64,000 bases of DNA from Clostridium sp. (GCA_018335695.1 JAGXRV010000088.1:6783-70782); one strand, 5' to 3'; counted from the first letter of the stretch, positions 48,411 through 61,113 are shown. A program made the numbers and translations. The notes: generated by a model not told the origin, from the sequence alone.

Positions 48411-49355
48411 ATGACATACGCACTGCAGGCGAAAAATGAACTGACCCGTCGTGAATTTGGTAAAGAATGTTGCCAGGCAGCGGAATTGATCGCATTTATC
48501 CGTTTAGGCGGTAATATTCAGCTATCAGGCAAGCGGCTTACTTTAAATGTGGTTACATCTAACCCGGCCATCGCTCGCCGGATTTTTTCTCTTTTCAAGC
48601 AGCTTTTTCGTCTTAGTTCAGAGCTATTGGTGCGCAGAAAGATCAGGTTACGCAAAAACAATGTTTATCTCATCCGCATCTCGGAATCGGCTCGCGTGCG
48701 TGAGGTGCTGACGGGACTAGGGTTAATGTGTGGGGGTGTATTTGTTCAGGAATTGGCTGAACGGATAAAAAAAGAAAAATGCTGTGGCAGAGCCTATTTG
48801 CGAGGCGCTTTTTTAGCGGCCGGTTCTGTGTCTAACCCGGAAAATTCATACCATCTGGAAATTTTTACCGACTATCAACAGCAGGCTGATGACTTGGCTG
48901 CGCTGATTGAAGCTTTTAGGTTAAAAGCCAAAGTTACTGCCAGAAAAAACGGTTATATAGTTTATTTGAAAGACAGCGAACAGATTGTAGCTTTTTTAAA
49001 CGTAATCGGAGCACATTCTGCTTTGCTTAACTTTGAAAATGTGCGCATTTTAAAAGATATCCGTAATCGAATTAATCGTTTAGTCAACTTCGAAACTGCT
49101 AATGTAAACAAAATGGTGGAAGCTGCGGTAAAGCAGGCAGAGGTTATTCGAGCGATCGAAGACTCTATAGGGCTTGCTGCATTGGAGCCGCCGCTTCAGC
49201 AATTGGCAAAGCTGCGCTTGCAGCATCCGGAAGCCAGCCTCCAGGAGTTAGGTGAGATGCTGGAACCAAAACTAGGGAAATCGGGAGTCAATCACAGGAT
49301 GCGCAAACTGGAAAAGATCTCTAAAAAAATCATAAACAAAAAAGATGGTCAATAA
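48411..49355 (+). CDS. whiA: DNA-binding protein WhiA
   Basis: 'AYLRGAFLAAGSVSNPE..YHLEI' (LAGLIDADG-like). C-terminal HTH 'SLQELGEML...KSGVNHRMRKL'. Confidence 0.93.
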   Translation: MTYALQAKNELTRREFGKECCQAAELIAFIRLGGNIQLSGKRLTLNVVTSNPAIARRIFSLFKQLFRLSSELLVRRKIRLRKNNVYLIRISESARVREVLTGLGLMCGGVFVQELAERIKKEKCCGRAYLRGAFLAAGSVSNPENSYHLEIFTDYQQQADDLAALIEAFRLKAKVTARKNGYIVYLKDSEQIVAFLNVIGAHSALLNFENVRILKDIRNRINRLVNFETANVNKMVEAAVKQAEVIRAIEDSIGLAALEPPLQQLAKLRLQHPEASLQELGEMLEPKLGKSGVNHRMRKLEKISKKIINKKDGQ

Positions 49356-49393
49356 ATTTTATTAATTTATGCTGCTTGCGGAGGGTTCTTCGT

Positions 49394-49410
49394 TGGCAGG
49401 ATTTTTGCAT
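49394..49410 (+). promoter_or_regulatory. Candidate sigma-54 (-24/-12) promoter upstream of rpoN
   Basis: TGGCAGGATTTTTGCAT versus consensus TGGCACG-N4-TTGCW. GG at 49395-49396 and GC at 49407-49408, correct 12-nt register, one mismatch. Lies 53 nt before the rpoN ATG. Confidence 0.55.
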
Positions 49411-49462
49411 AGCATTGGCGAATTGCAAATAGTCGGAAAACATACGCAAAGGAGATGCCGTA

Positions 49463-50860
49463 ATGCGGGTTTCCTGTAATGTTAGGTTGGAACAATCACA
49501 AAAGTTGATCATGACGCCTGAACTGCAGCAGGCCATTAATTTGTTGCAGCTTTCTGCGCTAGAGCTGCAAACCTATATCCAGAATGAACTGCTCAGCAAT
49601 CCTGCTTTGGAAATTGAAGATGGCGATGACGGTGAAAAGCGGACTGACGAAGCGATGGTCAGTGAAGTGTTGGAGGAAAATCCGCATGAATGGATGGAAT
49701 ATTTGCGTGATGAAGGCTCTGAGTCTTTGTCTGCTTTCCGTTTGAGACAAAACGACACTGAGCTGGGCTTCGATTATTTTTTAAGCAAGGAACCGACTCT
49801 GCAGGAGCATCTGCTTTTCCAGTTGGGACTTTGCAAACTTACTTCTACTGAAAGGCGAATCGGTGAATTTTTAATCGGCAACATTGACCAGCACGGCTAT
49901 TTAAAAGGTGAAACCGGCGAACTGGCGCTTTTGATTGGTGTAGAGCAGTCTGAAATTAGCGCTGTGTTGGCAATCATTCAGAAATTCGACCCAATCGGTG
50001 TTGGTGCCCGCAATTTGCAAGAGTGTTTGCTGCTGCAAATCCAGGAGCGGGGTGATGCCCACCCGTTGGCTTTAGAAATCATCAGTAAATATTTGACAGA
50101 TGTGGCCGAAAACAAATGCAAAAAAGTTGCTGCCGAACTAGGCGTTGAGCCTGCCGAAGTGCAGGCAGCGGTGGACTATATTCGTACGCTTGAACCAAAG
50201 CCGGGCCGTCAAAGAGGCGATGTAAGCGATGTGCGTTATGTAGTACCCGATGTGGCAGTGGAGAAGGTGGCAGGGGAATATATTGTGATGGTTAATGAGC
50301 ATTCTCTGCCCCGTATTTCTGTTAACCCTTATTATAGGGCATTATTAGGAAAAGAGAACAGTGAGGCTGGTACAAACTCTTTTATTAAAAATAGTTTAGA
50401 CTCGGCGCTCTGGCTGTTGCGCAGCATTGAACAACGCCGGGTGACTTTGTATCGTGTGACGGCAAGCATTGTGGAAATGCAGCGCAGCTTTTTTGACGAA
50501 GGGATTAAACATTTGAAACCATTGATTCTTCGTCAAGTTGCTGATGACATCGGGGTGCACGAATCGACCGTCAGCAGAGCTGTGTCTAACAAATTTGTGC
50601 AAACGCCACGCGGTGTTTTCCCCCTAAAATTCTTTTTCTGTTCAGGTGTGGAAGATTTTCACGGTACGGCTGTTTCTTCCGAATCAATCAAGAGTTTTCT
50701 GCGCGAACTGATTAATGCAGAAAATGCCCATAGACCGCTTAGTGACCAGAAGTTGGCTGAGTTGTTGGCTAAGCGGGAGATTATTGTTTCCCGACGCACT
50801 GTTGCAAAATACCGGGAGGAAACGGGTATTCCTTCATCTACCAGGAGAAAACGAATTTAG
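49463..50860 (+). CDS. rpoN: RNA polymerase sigma-54 factor
   Basis: Region I 'LEQSQKLIMTPELQQAINLLQLSALEL', HTH, and RpoN box 'SRRTVAKYRE'. Confidence 0.93.
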   Translation: MRVSCNVRLEQSQKLIMTPELQQAINLLQLSALELQTYIQNELLSNPALEIEDGDDGEKRTDEAMVSEVLEENPHEWMEYLRDEGSESLSAFRLRQNDTELGFDYFLSKEPTLQEHLLFQLGLCKLTSTERRIGEFLIGNIDQHGYLKGETGELALLIGVEQSEISAVLAIIQKFDPIGVGARNLQECLLLQIQERGDAHPLALEIISKYLTDVAENKCKKVAAELGVEPAEVQAAVDYIRTLEPKPGRQRGDVSDVRYVVPDVAVEKVAGEYIVMVNEHSLPRISVNPYYRALLGKENSEAGTNSFIKNSLDSALWLLRSIEQRRVTLYRVTASIVEMQRSFFDEGIKHLKPLILRQVADDIGVHESTVSRAVSNKFVQTPRGVFPLKFFFCSGVEDFHGTAVSSESIKSFLRELINAENAHRPLSDQKLAELLAKREIIVSRRTVAKYREETGIPSSTRRKRI

Positions 50861-50900
50861 CGGAGAATAAGGATGTGCGGAGGCACATCCTTATTCTCCG
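50861..50900 (+). terminator. Perfect 18-bp hairpin immediately after rpoN (no U-tract)
   Basis: cggagaataaggatgtgc-ggag-gcacatccttattctccg, followed by ATTGCTG. Confidence 0.5.
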
Positions 50901-51010
50901 ATTGCTGCAGGAATTTAGCTTTTATTAGCGAATTATCTATGCGGCTTTTGCCTCTGAGTGAAGGGCGAGTGAGGCGAGAAATTATTGTTAGCAGTCAAAC
51001 CTCCAGAAAA

Positions 51011-51046
51011 ATCCCCTCTCCCATTGGGAGAGGGTTAGGGTGAGGG
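51011..51046. repeat. Repeat locus G (single family-1 element) upstream of gap
   Basis: 'atcccctctcccattgggagagggttagggtgaggg'. Confidence 0.85.
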
Positions 51047-51107
51047 TCGCGTGTCTAAAAAGATAAACTTTGCTTTAACACTTATTATATTTTAGGGGGG
51101 TTACAAA

Positions 51108-52115
51108 ATGACGATTAAAATCGGCGTAAACGGCTTTGGCCGGATCGGACGTGCTTGCATTCGACTTGTAGAGGAGCATCCTGAGCTGGAAATGGTAGCT
51201 TTTAACAGCACGAGGGATCCGAAGATGCTGGCTCATCTTTTGCAGTATGATTCACTCTACGGCCGCACACCCTACGATGTGAAGCCGCTAAAAAATGCGC
51301 TTTTATTAAATGGGCGGGAAGTAAAAATCCTGGCTGATCGTCACCCCGCAAACCTTAATTGGGGTGATTATGGTGTGGAGATTGTAATTGAAGCCACAGG
51401 GTCGTTCAGTGATGCCCTGGAAGCCGGAAAACAACTGGGCGGGAGTGCAAAAAAAGTAATTATTACAGCACCGGCTAAAGGAGAAGATTTTACTATTGTT
51501 ATGGGGGTAAACGAAGATAAGTATGACCCAGCCAATCACCATGTAATATCTAATGCTTCCTGCACCACCAATTGTCTGGCACCGGTTTGTAAAGTGTTGG
51601 ATGATCAGTTTGGATTTAAGAAAGGGTTAATGACGACTATTCATGCATATACTAACGACCAAAGGATTTTGGATCTGGCACATAGTGATTTGCGCCGCGC
51701 CAGAGCCGCCGCCTTGTCACTGATTCCAACCACTACAGGAGCGGCGCGTGCTGTCTCCATGGTCATGCCCGGGATTCGCGGCAAAGTTGACGGTTTGGCA
51801 ATTCGCGTGCCGACTCCCACTGTCTCATTAGTTGATCTGGTAGCTGAGCTGGACAACTCTGTCACAGCGGAACAAGTTAATAATGCTTTCCGTCAGGCTG
51901 CCGCCGGTCGGATGAAAGGAATTCTTGGTGTTTCTGATGAACCGCTTGTTTCAGTCGATTATAAAGGAGATCCGCGCTCCAGCGTAGTAGACGCTCTTTC
52001 CACGATGGTAGTGCAGGATAATCTGGTCAAGGTAATCGCTTGGTATGATAATGAATATGCTTATGCTTGTCGTGTCATTGATCTTGCTCTTTTTATCGCA
52101 AAACACGGCCTGTAA
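51108..52115 (+). CDS. gap: Type I glyceraldehyde-3-phosphate dehydrogenase
   Basis: 'NGFGRIGR', 'SNASCTTNCLAP', 'WYDNEYAY'. Confidence 0.97.
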   Translation: MTIKIGVNGFGRIGRACIRLVEEHPELEMVAFNSTRDPKMLAHLLQYDSLYGRTPYDVKPLKNALLLNGREVKILADRHPANLNWGDYGVEIVIEATGSFSDALEAGKQLGGSAKKVIITAPAKGEDFTIVMGVNEDKYDPANHHVISNASCTTNCLAPVCKVLDDQFGFKKGLMTTIHAYTNDQRILDLAHSDLRRARAAALSLIPTTTGAARAVSMVMPGIRGKVDGLAIRVPTPTVSLVDLVAELDNSVTAEQVNNAFRQAAAGRMKGILGVSDEPLVSVDYKGDPRSSVVDALSTMVVQDNLVKVIAWYDNEYAYACRVIDLALFIAKHGL

Positions 52116-52123
52116 ATAGAAAT

Positions 52124-52160
52124 GCTGCCGTCTGCATCTTCAGGCTGCGGCAGCTTTTTT
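52124..52160 (+). terminator. Putative internal terminator/attenuator between gap and pgk
   Basis: gctgccg (52124-52130) / cggcagc (52148-52154), followed by TTTTTT. Confidence 0.55.
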
Positions 52161-52176
52161 CGCGGAGGTGCTTCTT

Positions 52177-53361
52177 TTGGCAAAAAAATCAGTAAGAGAT
52201 TTTGACCTGGCAGGCAAAAGGGTCTTTACGCGTGTGGATTTTAATGTGCCCAGAAACGAACAGGGTGAAATTACTGATGATACAAAGATTAGGGCTGCAT
52301 TACCCACAATCCGCTATATGCTGGCTCAGGGAGCTGCTGTTATTTTAGCCAGCCACCTTGGGCGCCCTAAAGGGAAGCCGGATGACAATTTGCGCATGGA
52401 CGCAGTGGCTGCGCGCTTGTCTCAGTTGCTTGACAGGCAGGTGCAAAAGGCTGATGAAGTAGTAGGAGAAAAAGTTTCTCTCGCCGCCGCGGCTCTGCTG
52501 CCGGGGGAGATTCTTTTGCTGGAAAATGTGCGTTTCCATCCCGGAGAAAAGAGTAATGACGATGCGCTTGCAAAGGCATACGCCGGACTTGCTGATCTGT
52601 TTGTATCCGATGCCTTCGGTACGGCGCATAGGGCACACGCCTCAAATACCGGAGTGGCAAAATATCTTCCGGCAGTTGCAGGCTTATTGATGTTGGCGGA
52701 AATAGAAAATCTCTCAAAAAGCTTACACAGTCCGCAACGTCCTTTGGTCGCTATTGTGGGGGGCAGTAAAATTGCCGATAAAATTGGCGTTTTACATAAC
52801 TTATTGAAGAGAGTTGATTCGCTTTTGCTTGGCGGCGGGATGGCCAACACTTTTTTGAAAGCAAGAGGATATCGGCTGGGCAAGTCTTTGGTGGAAGAGG
52901 ATCAGCTAACGGCTGCAGCTAAAATTATGCAAGAAGCGGCTGCTTTGCAGGTAAACCTTTTATTGCCTTCCGATTTGATTGTGGCAGGTAGCCCGGAAGA
53001 TGAGCTTGGTGCCCAAGCCGTCACGGTGGATTCAGTGCAGGAAGATAAAATGGCGCTTGATATCGGCCCACAAACAAGAAAGAGCTATGGTGATTTGGTA
53101 AGTAAGGCAGGCACTGTATTGTGGAACGGTCCACTTGGCATGTATGAGGTAGACGCTTTTGCTCAGGGGAGCATTGATTTGCTCAACACGCTTGTGCAGT
53201 CTGGAGCGTTTTCGATTGTCGGCGGCGGCGATATGATTGCGGCGGTGGAAAAAGCAGGCGTGGATAAGCGTATTTCACATATTTCCACCGGAGGGGGCGC
53301 CACGTTGGAGTTTTGGGAGGGTAAAGAGCTGCCTGGCATAGCCGTTTTGCAAGAGCGCTGA
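52177..53361 (+). CDS. pgk: Phosphoglycerate kinase
   Basis: 'RVDFNVP', 'ASHLGRPKG', 'GGGDMIAAV'. TTG 52177 lies 8 nt after GGAGG. ORF opens at 52168. Confidence 0.97.
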   Translation: MAKKSVRDFDLAGKRVFTRVDFNVPRNEQGEITDDTKIRAALPTIRYMLAQGAAVILASHLGRPKGKPDDNLRMDAVAARLSQLLDRQVQKADEVVGEKVSLAAAALLPGEILLLENVRFHPGEKSNDDALAKAYAGLADLFVSDAFGTAHRAHASNTGVAKYLPAVAGLLMLAEIENLSKSLHSPQRPLVAIVGGSKIADKIGVLHNLLKRVDSLLLGGGMANTFLKARGYRLGKSLVEEDQLTAAAKIMQEAAALQVNLLLPSDLIVAGSPEDELGAQAVTVDSVQEDKMALDIGPQTRKSYGDLVSKAGTVLWNGPLGMYEVDAFAQGSIDLLNTLVQSGAFSIVGGGDMIAAVEKAGVDKRISHISTGGGATLEFWEGKELPGIAVLQER

Positions 53362-53390
53362 TTAGAGTAGTTCACGGGAAGGAGTTTGGT

Positions 53391-54157
53391 ATGAGGATAC
53401 CAATCATTGCCGCTAACTGGAAAATGCACAAGACCGGTGAAGAGGCAACAAGCTTTGTTAATCAACTGGGAAATCAGTTGCAGGCAGAAACTGCCCTGGA
53501 AACGGTGATTTGTCCGCCGTATCCTTTGCTTGCTTTAATTGCTGAGTCATGTCAAAAGTATGGCTTCAAACTTGGCGCGCAGAATATGTATTGGGAAACA
53601 TCCGGCGCTTTTACAGGTGAAGTTTCACCTTTGCTGCTCAAAGATTTGGGTGTGCAATATGTGATCATCGGTCACTCGGAGCGGCGGCAGTTTTTTGCTG
53701 AGACAGACCAGCAGGTGTCTCGCAAAGTAAGAGCAGCCTTTGCCCATGAGCTTGTACCTATTGTCTGTGTGGGGGAAACACTGCAACAACGTAAGGCGGA
53801 ACAGACAAACAGTGTTGTGGGGGAGCAGGTTAGCGTTGCCTTAAGGGGTCTGGACCCCTCCCAAGTTCGCAGAGTAGTTGTGGCCTATGAACCTGTTTGG
53901 GCAATCGGCAGCGGTTTGACAGCCAGCGCTCATGACGCAGCCGCTGTGGCTCGCCATATACGCAAAATAATTGGCGAGATGTTTAGCCTCAAAGTAGCAC
54001 GTGATGTGAGAGTTCAATATGGTGGCAGTGTTAAGCCGGAAAATATTGATGAATTTTTGCGCGATGTTGAGATTGATGGTGCCTTGGTAGGCGGCGCCAG
54101 CCTTGATCCGTTAGTTTTTGCCGCTATTTTGCAAAACGCTTGGGGAGCAGTTGTCTC

Positions 54158-54161
<4 letters not shown>
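53391..54161 (+). CDS. tpiA: Triose-phosphate isomerase
   Basis: 'AANWKMH', 'IIGHSERR', 'AYEPVWAIGSG'. Confidence 0.97.
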
Positions 54162-57042
<2,881 letters not shown>

Positions 57043-57044
<2 letters not shown>

Positions 57045-57124
57045 CCCCCACATTCCCCTCTCCCTCTGTTCAGAAAATAGCCCCCACATTCCCCTCTCCC
57101 TCTGGGAGAGGGTTAGGGTGAGGG
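57043..57124. repeat. Repeat locus H: half-unit plus complete element starting inside the eno stop codon
   Basis: 'agcccccacattcccctctccctct' at 57043 and 57079. The second copy continues 'gggagagggttagggtgaggg'. Confidence 0.9.
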
Positions 57125-57179
57125 CAAAGGCAAAAATCTCTTCTTCTGCTGGCGCCACCGCCGACATAACTGTCTATTG

Positions 57180-57208
57180 TTGACTTAGGCAGGGCAGAGT
57201 GCTATACT
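57180..57208 (+). promoter_or_regulatory. Sigma-A-type promoter of the TupA-like gene
   Basis: TTGACT (57180-57185), 17-nt spacer, TATACT (57203-57208). Confidence 0.6.
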
Positions 57209-57245
57209 CGTTATGTATCATCATGCATAACGAAGGAGGATAATA

Positions 57246-58430
57246 ATGATTAAGAGGTTATCATCTTGGTTAGTAGGTCTGTTTCTATTGCTCTTTGTCA
57301 TGACGGCTGCTAATGGTTTTGCGAGTGCTGCCGAAATAAGGGTTTTGCTTGACGGTCGGCCGCTCTCGATGGAAGTTAAGCCGCAACTTGAAGGCGGGAC
57401 GGTATTGGTACCGCTGAGAGCTGTTCTCGGCGCTTTTGGCGCGGAAATGCATTGGGACGGCAGAACCAGGAGTGTAAGTATTTCCAGGGGGCGGGCGAAT
57501 CTTGGTCTGACGATCGGCAGTACGGCGGCGACGATTAATGGCGCGAGGATTCAGCTTGCTGTAGCGCCTAGAATTGTCAATGGCAGAACATTGGTGCCGC
57601 TGCGTTTTGTCAGTGAATCATTAGGTTCACAGGTTGACTGGCGGAGCAGGGACTTAACGGTGGCTATTGCCCGTCCGGCTAAAAGGCAGCTCACTTTAGC
57701 AACTACCACCAGCACATATGATTCTGGTCTTTTGCAGGCAATGCTGCCTGTATTTGAAAATGCTTTTGATTACGAGGTCAGAATAATTTCTGTCGGTACA
57801 GGCGCGGCTTTAGCTCTGGGCAGAGACGGCAACGCAGACGTTGTCTTGGTTCATTCCAGAGATCTGGAGCTGCAGAATGTGGCACAGGGTCACTTCATCG
57901 GACGGCGTGAGGTGATGTATAATGATTTTGTTATTGTCGGCCCTGCGGCTGATCCCGCAGGCATCCGGAGGGCGGCAAACGCTCCTGCTGCTCTAAGAGC
58001 AATTGCTGGGGCAGGAGCTACTTTTGTTTCCCGCGGGGATAATTCCGGTACTCATCTTAAAGAAAATGAACTTTGGCGGGCGGCGGGACTGACACCGAGC
58101 GGAGCATGGTACTTAAGGGCAGGTGCCGGCATGGCCGACACCCTGCGGATGGCTGATGAGCGAAATGGTTACACTCTCACAGACCGCGGCACTTTTTATG
58201 GGCAGCAGGAAAAATTGGATCTGGCTCTTCTTTTTGAGGGAGGGGAAATTATGCACAATCAGTACGGCATTATGGCTGTTAATCCGGCACGACATCCTAG
58301 GATTAACTATGAAGGCGCCACTGATTTAATCCAATTTTTTATTTCTCGGCGAGGTCAGTCCTTGATTGCAGATTTTAAAGACGCTCGCGGCAGGCAACTC
58401 TTTTTTCCGACTGCCCATCTTTTAAGATAA
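57246..58430 (+). CDS. Secreted fusion: copper-amine-oxidase-N-like ('stalk') domain + TupA-like oxyanion (tungstate-type) binding domain
   Basis: Signal peptide ending 'GFASA'. 'VLVPLRAV...WD' and 'NGRTLVPLRFVSESLG..VDW' repeats. Then 'TTTSTYDSGLL', 'VGTGAALALGRDGNADVVLVH', 'MYNDFVIVGP'. Confidence 0.75.
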   Translation: MIKRLSSWLVGLFLLLFVMTAANGFASAAEIRVLLDGRPLSMEVKPQLEGGTVLVPLRAVLGAFGAEMHWDGRTRSVSISRGRANLGLTIGSTAATINGARIQLAVAPRIVNGRTLVPLRFVSESLGSQVDWRSRDLTVAIARPAKRQLTLATTTSTYDSGLLQAMLPVFENAFDYEVRIISVGTGAALALGRDGNADVVLVHSRDLELQNVAQGHFIGRREVMYNDFVIVGPAADPAGIRRAANAPAALRAIAGAGATFVSRGDNSGTHLKENELWRAAGLTPSGAWYLRAGAGMADTLRMADERNGYTLTDRGTFYGQQEKLDLALLFEGGEIMHNQYGIMAVNPARHPRINYEGATDLIQFFISRRGQSLIADFKDARGRQLFFPTAHLLR

Positions 58431-58492
58431 TCACCGCTTGTCTGTTGCTGATTGTTAAACTTTCCCGGATAATCAGGCTTTCTTTTCTGTTA

Positions 58493-58536
58493 CAGGGGGC
58501 GCAGTCACTTAGGCTGCGCTCCCTGTGAGTTATTTT
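58493..58536 (+). terminator. Intrinsic terminator after the TupA-like gene
   Basis: cagggggcgcag / ctgcgctccctg stem (one G-U pair), followed by a T-rich tail. Confidence 0.7.
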
Positions 58537-58692
58537 GCCACAGCGGAATATGCTGAAAAAGATAAATCGTTTGTTGTTTTTTACAAATCTCTATGATAGA
58601 ATATTTTTGTGCTCTAAGGCAGAGTGTGGCGGAGGTTATTTCCCCAATATTTTGACAAATTAAACTGTAGCCCAACAAAGGAGGTGTGGTGG

Positions 58693-58920
58693 ATGGAAAT
58701 AGTAATTAACATCTTGTTTCTGCTGGCAGCTTTGGGAATGATTTCAGCCGTTCTTTTGCAGTCTTCCAAATCGGCCGGTCTTTCCGGAGCAATTACCGGC
58801 GCTTCCCAGTCCATGTTTGGCAGAAAAAAAGGCGTAGATGATTTGTTGGCAAAACTGACTGTAATTTTTGCTGTTTTGTTTATGGTGCTGGCGATCGTCT
58901 TGACGATCCTAAGAGCTTAA
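58693..58920 (+). CDS. secG: Preprotein translocase subunit SecG
   Basis: 75 aa, two TMs, 'LLQSSKSAGLSGAITG'. ATG 58693 follows AAGGAGG. ORF opens at 58624. Confidence 0.85.
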   Translation: MEIVINILFLLAALGMISAVLLQSSKSAGLSGAITGASQSMFGRKKGVDDLLAKLTVIFAVLFMVLAIVLTILRA

Positions 58921-58975
58921 CCCGGCATGCCGGGTCAAGATATAGAGATAAATAGAAGGAGGAAAAAGAAACAGT

Positions 58976-60973
58976 ATGGAAAATCTTGTAATGTTGGCTC
59001 CACTTGCCGGTGTAGTCGCCCTGTTGTTCACTTTCTATTTGACTGGTAAAGTCAAAAAGATGGATCCAGGCAACGAAAGAATGCAGGAAATTGCCAAAGC
59101 TATTCAAGAGGGCGCCATGGCTTTTATTAGCCGTGAATACCGGATTCTTGCGATTTTTGTAGTTATTCTTTTTCTCGTCATCATGTTCGCTCTTGACTTG
59201 CCTACTGCTATTGCATATTTGGTGGGTTCCTTTGCCTCAGCTTTAGCCGGTTTTATCGGGATGAGAATTGCTACCAAAGCCAATGTAAGAACTACTAGTG
59301 CTGCCAGAAATGGAACTAACGAAGCCTTGACCGTGGCATTCTCTGGCGGTGCCGTTATGGGTCTTTCTGTAGTTGGTTTAGGCTTGCTGGGATTGAGCGT
59401 GCTGTATTTGATTTTCAAGGATGTGCAAATACTTACCGGTTATGCCCTGGGTGCCAGTTCTATTGCTCTGTTTGCCCGCGTGGGCGGTGGCATCTATACT
59501 AAGGCAGCTGATGTCGGTGCCGACTTAGTCGGCAAGGTTGAAGCCGGTATCCCTGAAGATGACCCGCGCAACCCTGCTGTTATTGCTGATAACGTGGGTG
59601 ACAATGTGGGTGACGTGGCAGGTATGGGCGCCGACTTGTTTGAATCTTATGTGGGAGCTATTATTGCGGCCATCACTATTGGCGTTGTGCTTTACGGTAT
59701 GCCTGGTGTTCTTGTTCCCATGCTTGTCTCTGCCACCGGGATTATTGCAGCGATTATCGGCACTTTCTTTGTTAAAGCAAAAGAGGGTGTCAAGCTCTCC
59801 ACATCGTTGGAGCGCGGCACTCTTGTCAGTGGCATTATTGTAATTATTGCCGCATATTTCATCATTAATGCTTATCAAGGAGTTCTTGGAGGAATAGGTT
59901 CATTTTATGCAGTAGTTTCCGGTCTGCTTGCCGGGATTTTTATTGGCCGTATCACTGAATACTACACTTCCGATCATTACACCCCAGTGAAAGGAATCGC
60001 GCAAGCATCAGTAACCGGTTCCGCTACAACAATTATTTCTGGGTTGGCTGTCGGTATGCGCTCTACACTTTTGCCCAGCTTAGTCCTTGGTGCCGCTATT
60101 TTGATAGCTTATGGGACGGCAGGTCTGTATGGGATTGCTATTTCCGCGGTAGGTATGCTGGCAACAGCAGGCATGACCATTGCTGTGGACGCTTATGGAC
60201 CGATTGCTGATAATGCAGGCGGAATCGCCGAAATGTCTCACCTGGATAAATCGGTGCGTAAGGTTACAGACCAGTTGGATGCCATGGGGAACACAACTGC
60301 TGCCATCGGCAAAGGTTTTGCCATTGGTTCCGCAGCTTTAACAGCTCTTGCTCTCTTTACGGCCTATACCGAAACTGCTCAAATCCCTTCCATCGACATC
60401 ACTAATGCTAAAGTAATTGCAGGATTGCTGCTTGGCGGAATGCTTCCCTTCTTCTTTTCTGCTTTGACCATGGAGGCTGTCGGTCGCGCCGCCTTTGATA
60501 TGATTGAGGAGGTACGTCGCCAGTTCCGTGAAATTCCCGGCCTGATGGAGGGGAAAGCAAAACCGGATTACGCCCGTTGTGTTGACATTTCCACCGCCGC
60601 CGCGCTAAAGCAAATGGTGTTGCCAGGTTCGCTGGCTGTGATTGCACCGTTGTTGACCGGCTTTGTCCTTGGCGCAGAAGCGTTAGGCGGTCTATTAGCA
60701 GGCGCAACAGTCGCTGGCGTATTAATGGCGATTTTCATGGCTAACGCCGGTGGAGCCTGGGATAACGCTAAAAAGTTTATTGAAGGCGGCGCTCATGGCG
60801 GCAAGGGTTCAGACGCACACAAAGCTGCTGTCGTTGGGGATACTGTTGGGGATCCTTTCAAAGACACATCCGGTCCCTCGCTAAATATTCTAATCAAGCT
60901 GATGAGCATTGTTGCACTTGTTTTTGCGCCTCTTTTTGTCGGTGTTGCCCCCTTAATAGATCTTCTCTTTTAG
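58976..60973 (+). CDS. hppA: Membrane-bound ion-translocating pyrophosphatase
   Basis: '[17 protein letters not shown]', '[12 protein letters not shown]', '[15 protein letters not shown]'. Confidence 0.95.
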   Translation: MENLVMLAPLAGVVALLFTFYLTGKVKKMDPGNERMQEIAKAIQEGAMAFISREYRILAIFVVILFLVIMFALDLPTAIAYLVGSFASALAGFIGMRIATKANVRTTSAARNGTNEALTVAFSGGAVMGLSVVGLGLLGLSVLYLIFKDVQILTGYALGASSIALFARVGGGIYTKAADVGADLVGKVEAGIPEDDPRNPAVIADNVGDNVGDVAGMGADLFESYVGAIIAAITIGVVLYGMPGVLVPMLVSATGIIAAIIGTFFVKAKEGVKLSTSLERGTLVSGIIVIIAAYFIINAYQGVLGGIGSFYAVVSGLLAGIFIGRITEYYTSDHYTPVKGIAQASVTGSATTIISGLAVGMRSTLLPSLVLGAAILIAYGTAGLYGIAISAVGMLATAGMTIAVDAYGPIADNAGGIAEMSHLDKSVRKVTDQLDAMGNTTAAIGKGFAIGSAALTALALFTAYTETAQIPSIDITNAKVIAGLLLGGMLPFFFSALTMEAVGRAAFDMIEEVRRQFREIPGLMEGKAKPDYARCVDISTAAALKQMVLPGSLAVIAPLLTGFVLGAEALGGLLAGATVAGVLMAIFMANAGGAWDNAKKFIEGGAHGGKGSDAHKAAVVGDTVGDPFKDTSGPSLNILIKLMSIVALVFAPLFVGVAPLIDLLF

Positions 60974-60995
60974 TCGTACAATAGATTGCAGCATG

Positions 60996-61027
60996 GAGCG
61001 GCGTAACGACGCCGCTCTTTATATTTT
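60996..61027 (+). terminator. Intrinsic terminator after hppA
   Basis: gagcggcgt / acgccgctc stem, followed by TTTATATTTT. Confidence 0.75.
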
Positions 61028-61113
61028 ATTAGCATAGGAAATTATATCGTTCAGGGAAGCTACGATCCTATTTTTTATACGTGCTGATTACTATTTTTTC
61101 AGGAGGAGCAAAG

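Noticed and set aside
49415-49430. Second sigma-54-like word 'TTGGCGAATTGCAA' in the whiA-rpoN spacer, and 'TGGCACAGTTGCC' at about 38882 inside uvrC
   Set aside because: GG-to-GC spacing is 8 and 9 nt respectively instead of 12, so the register is wrong for -24/-12 recognition.
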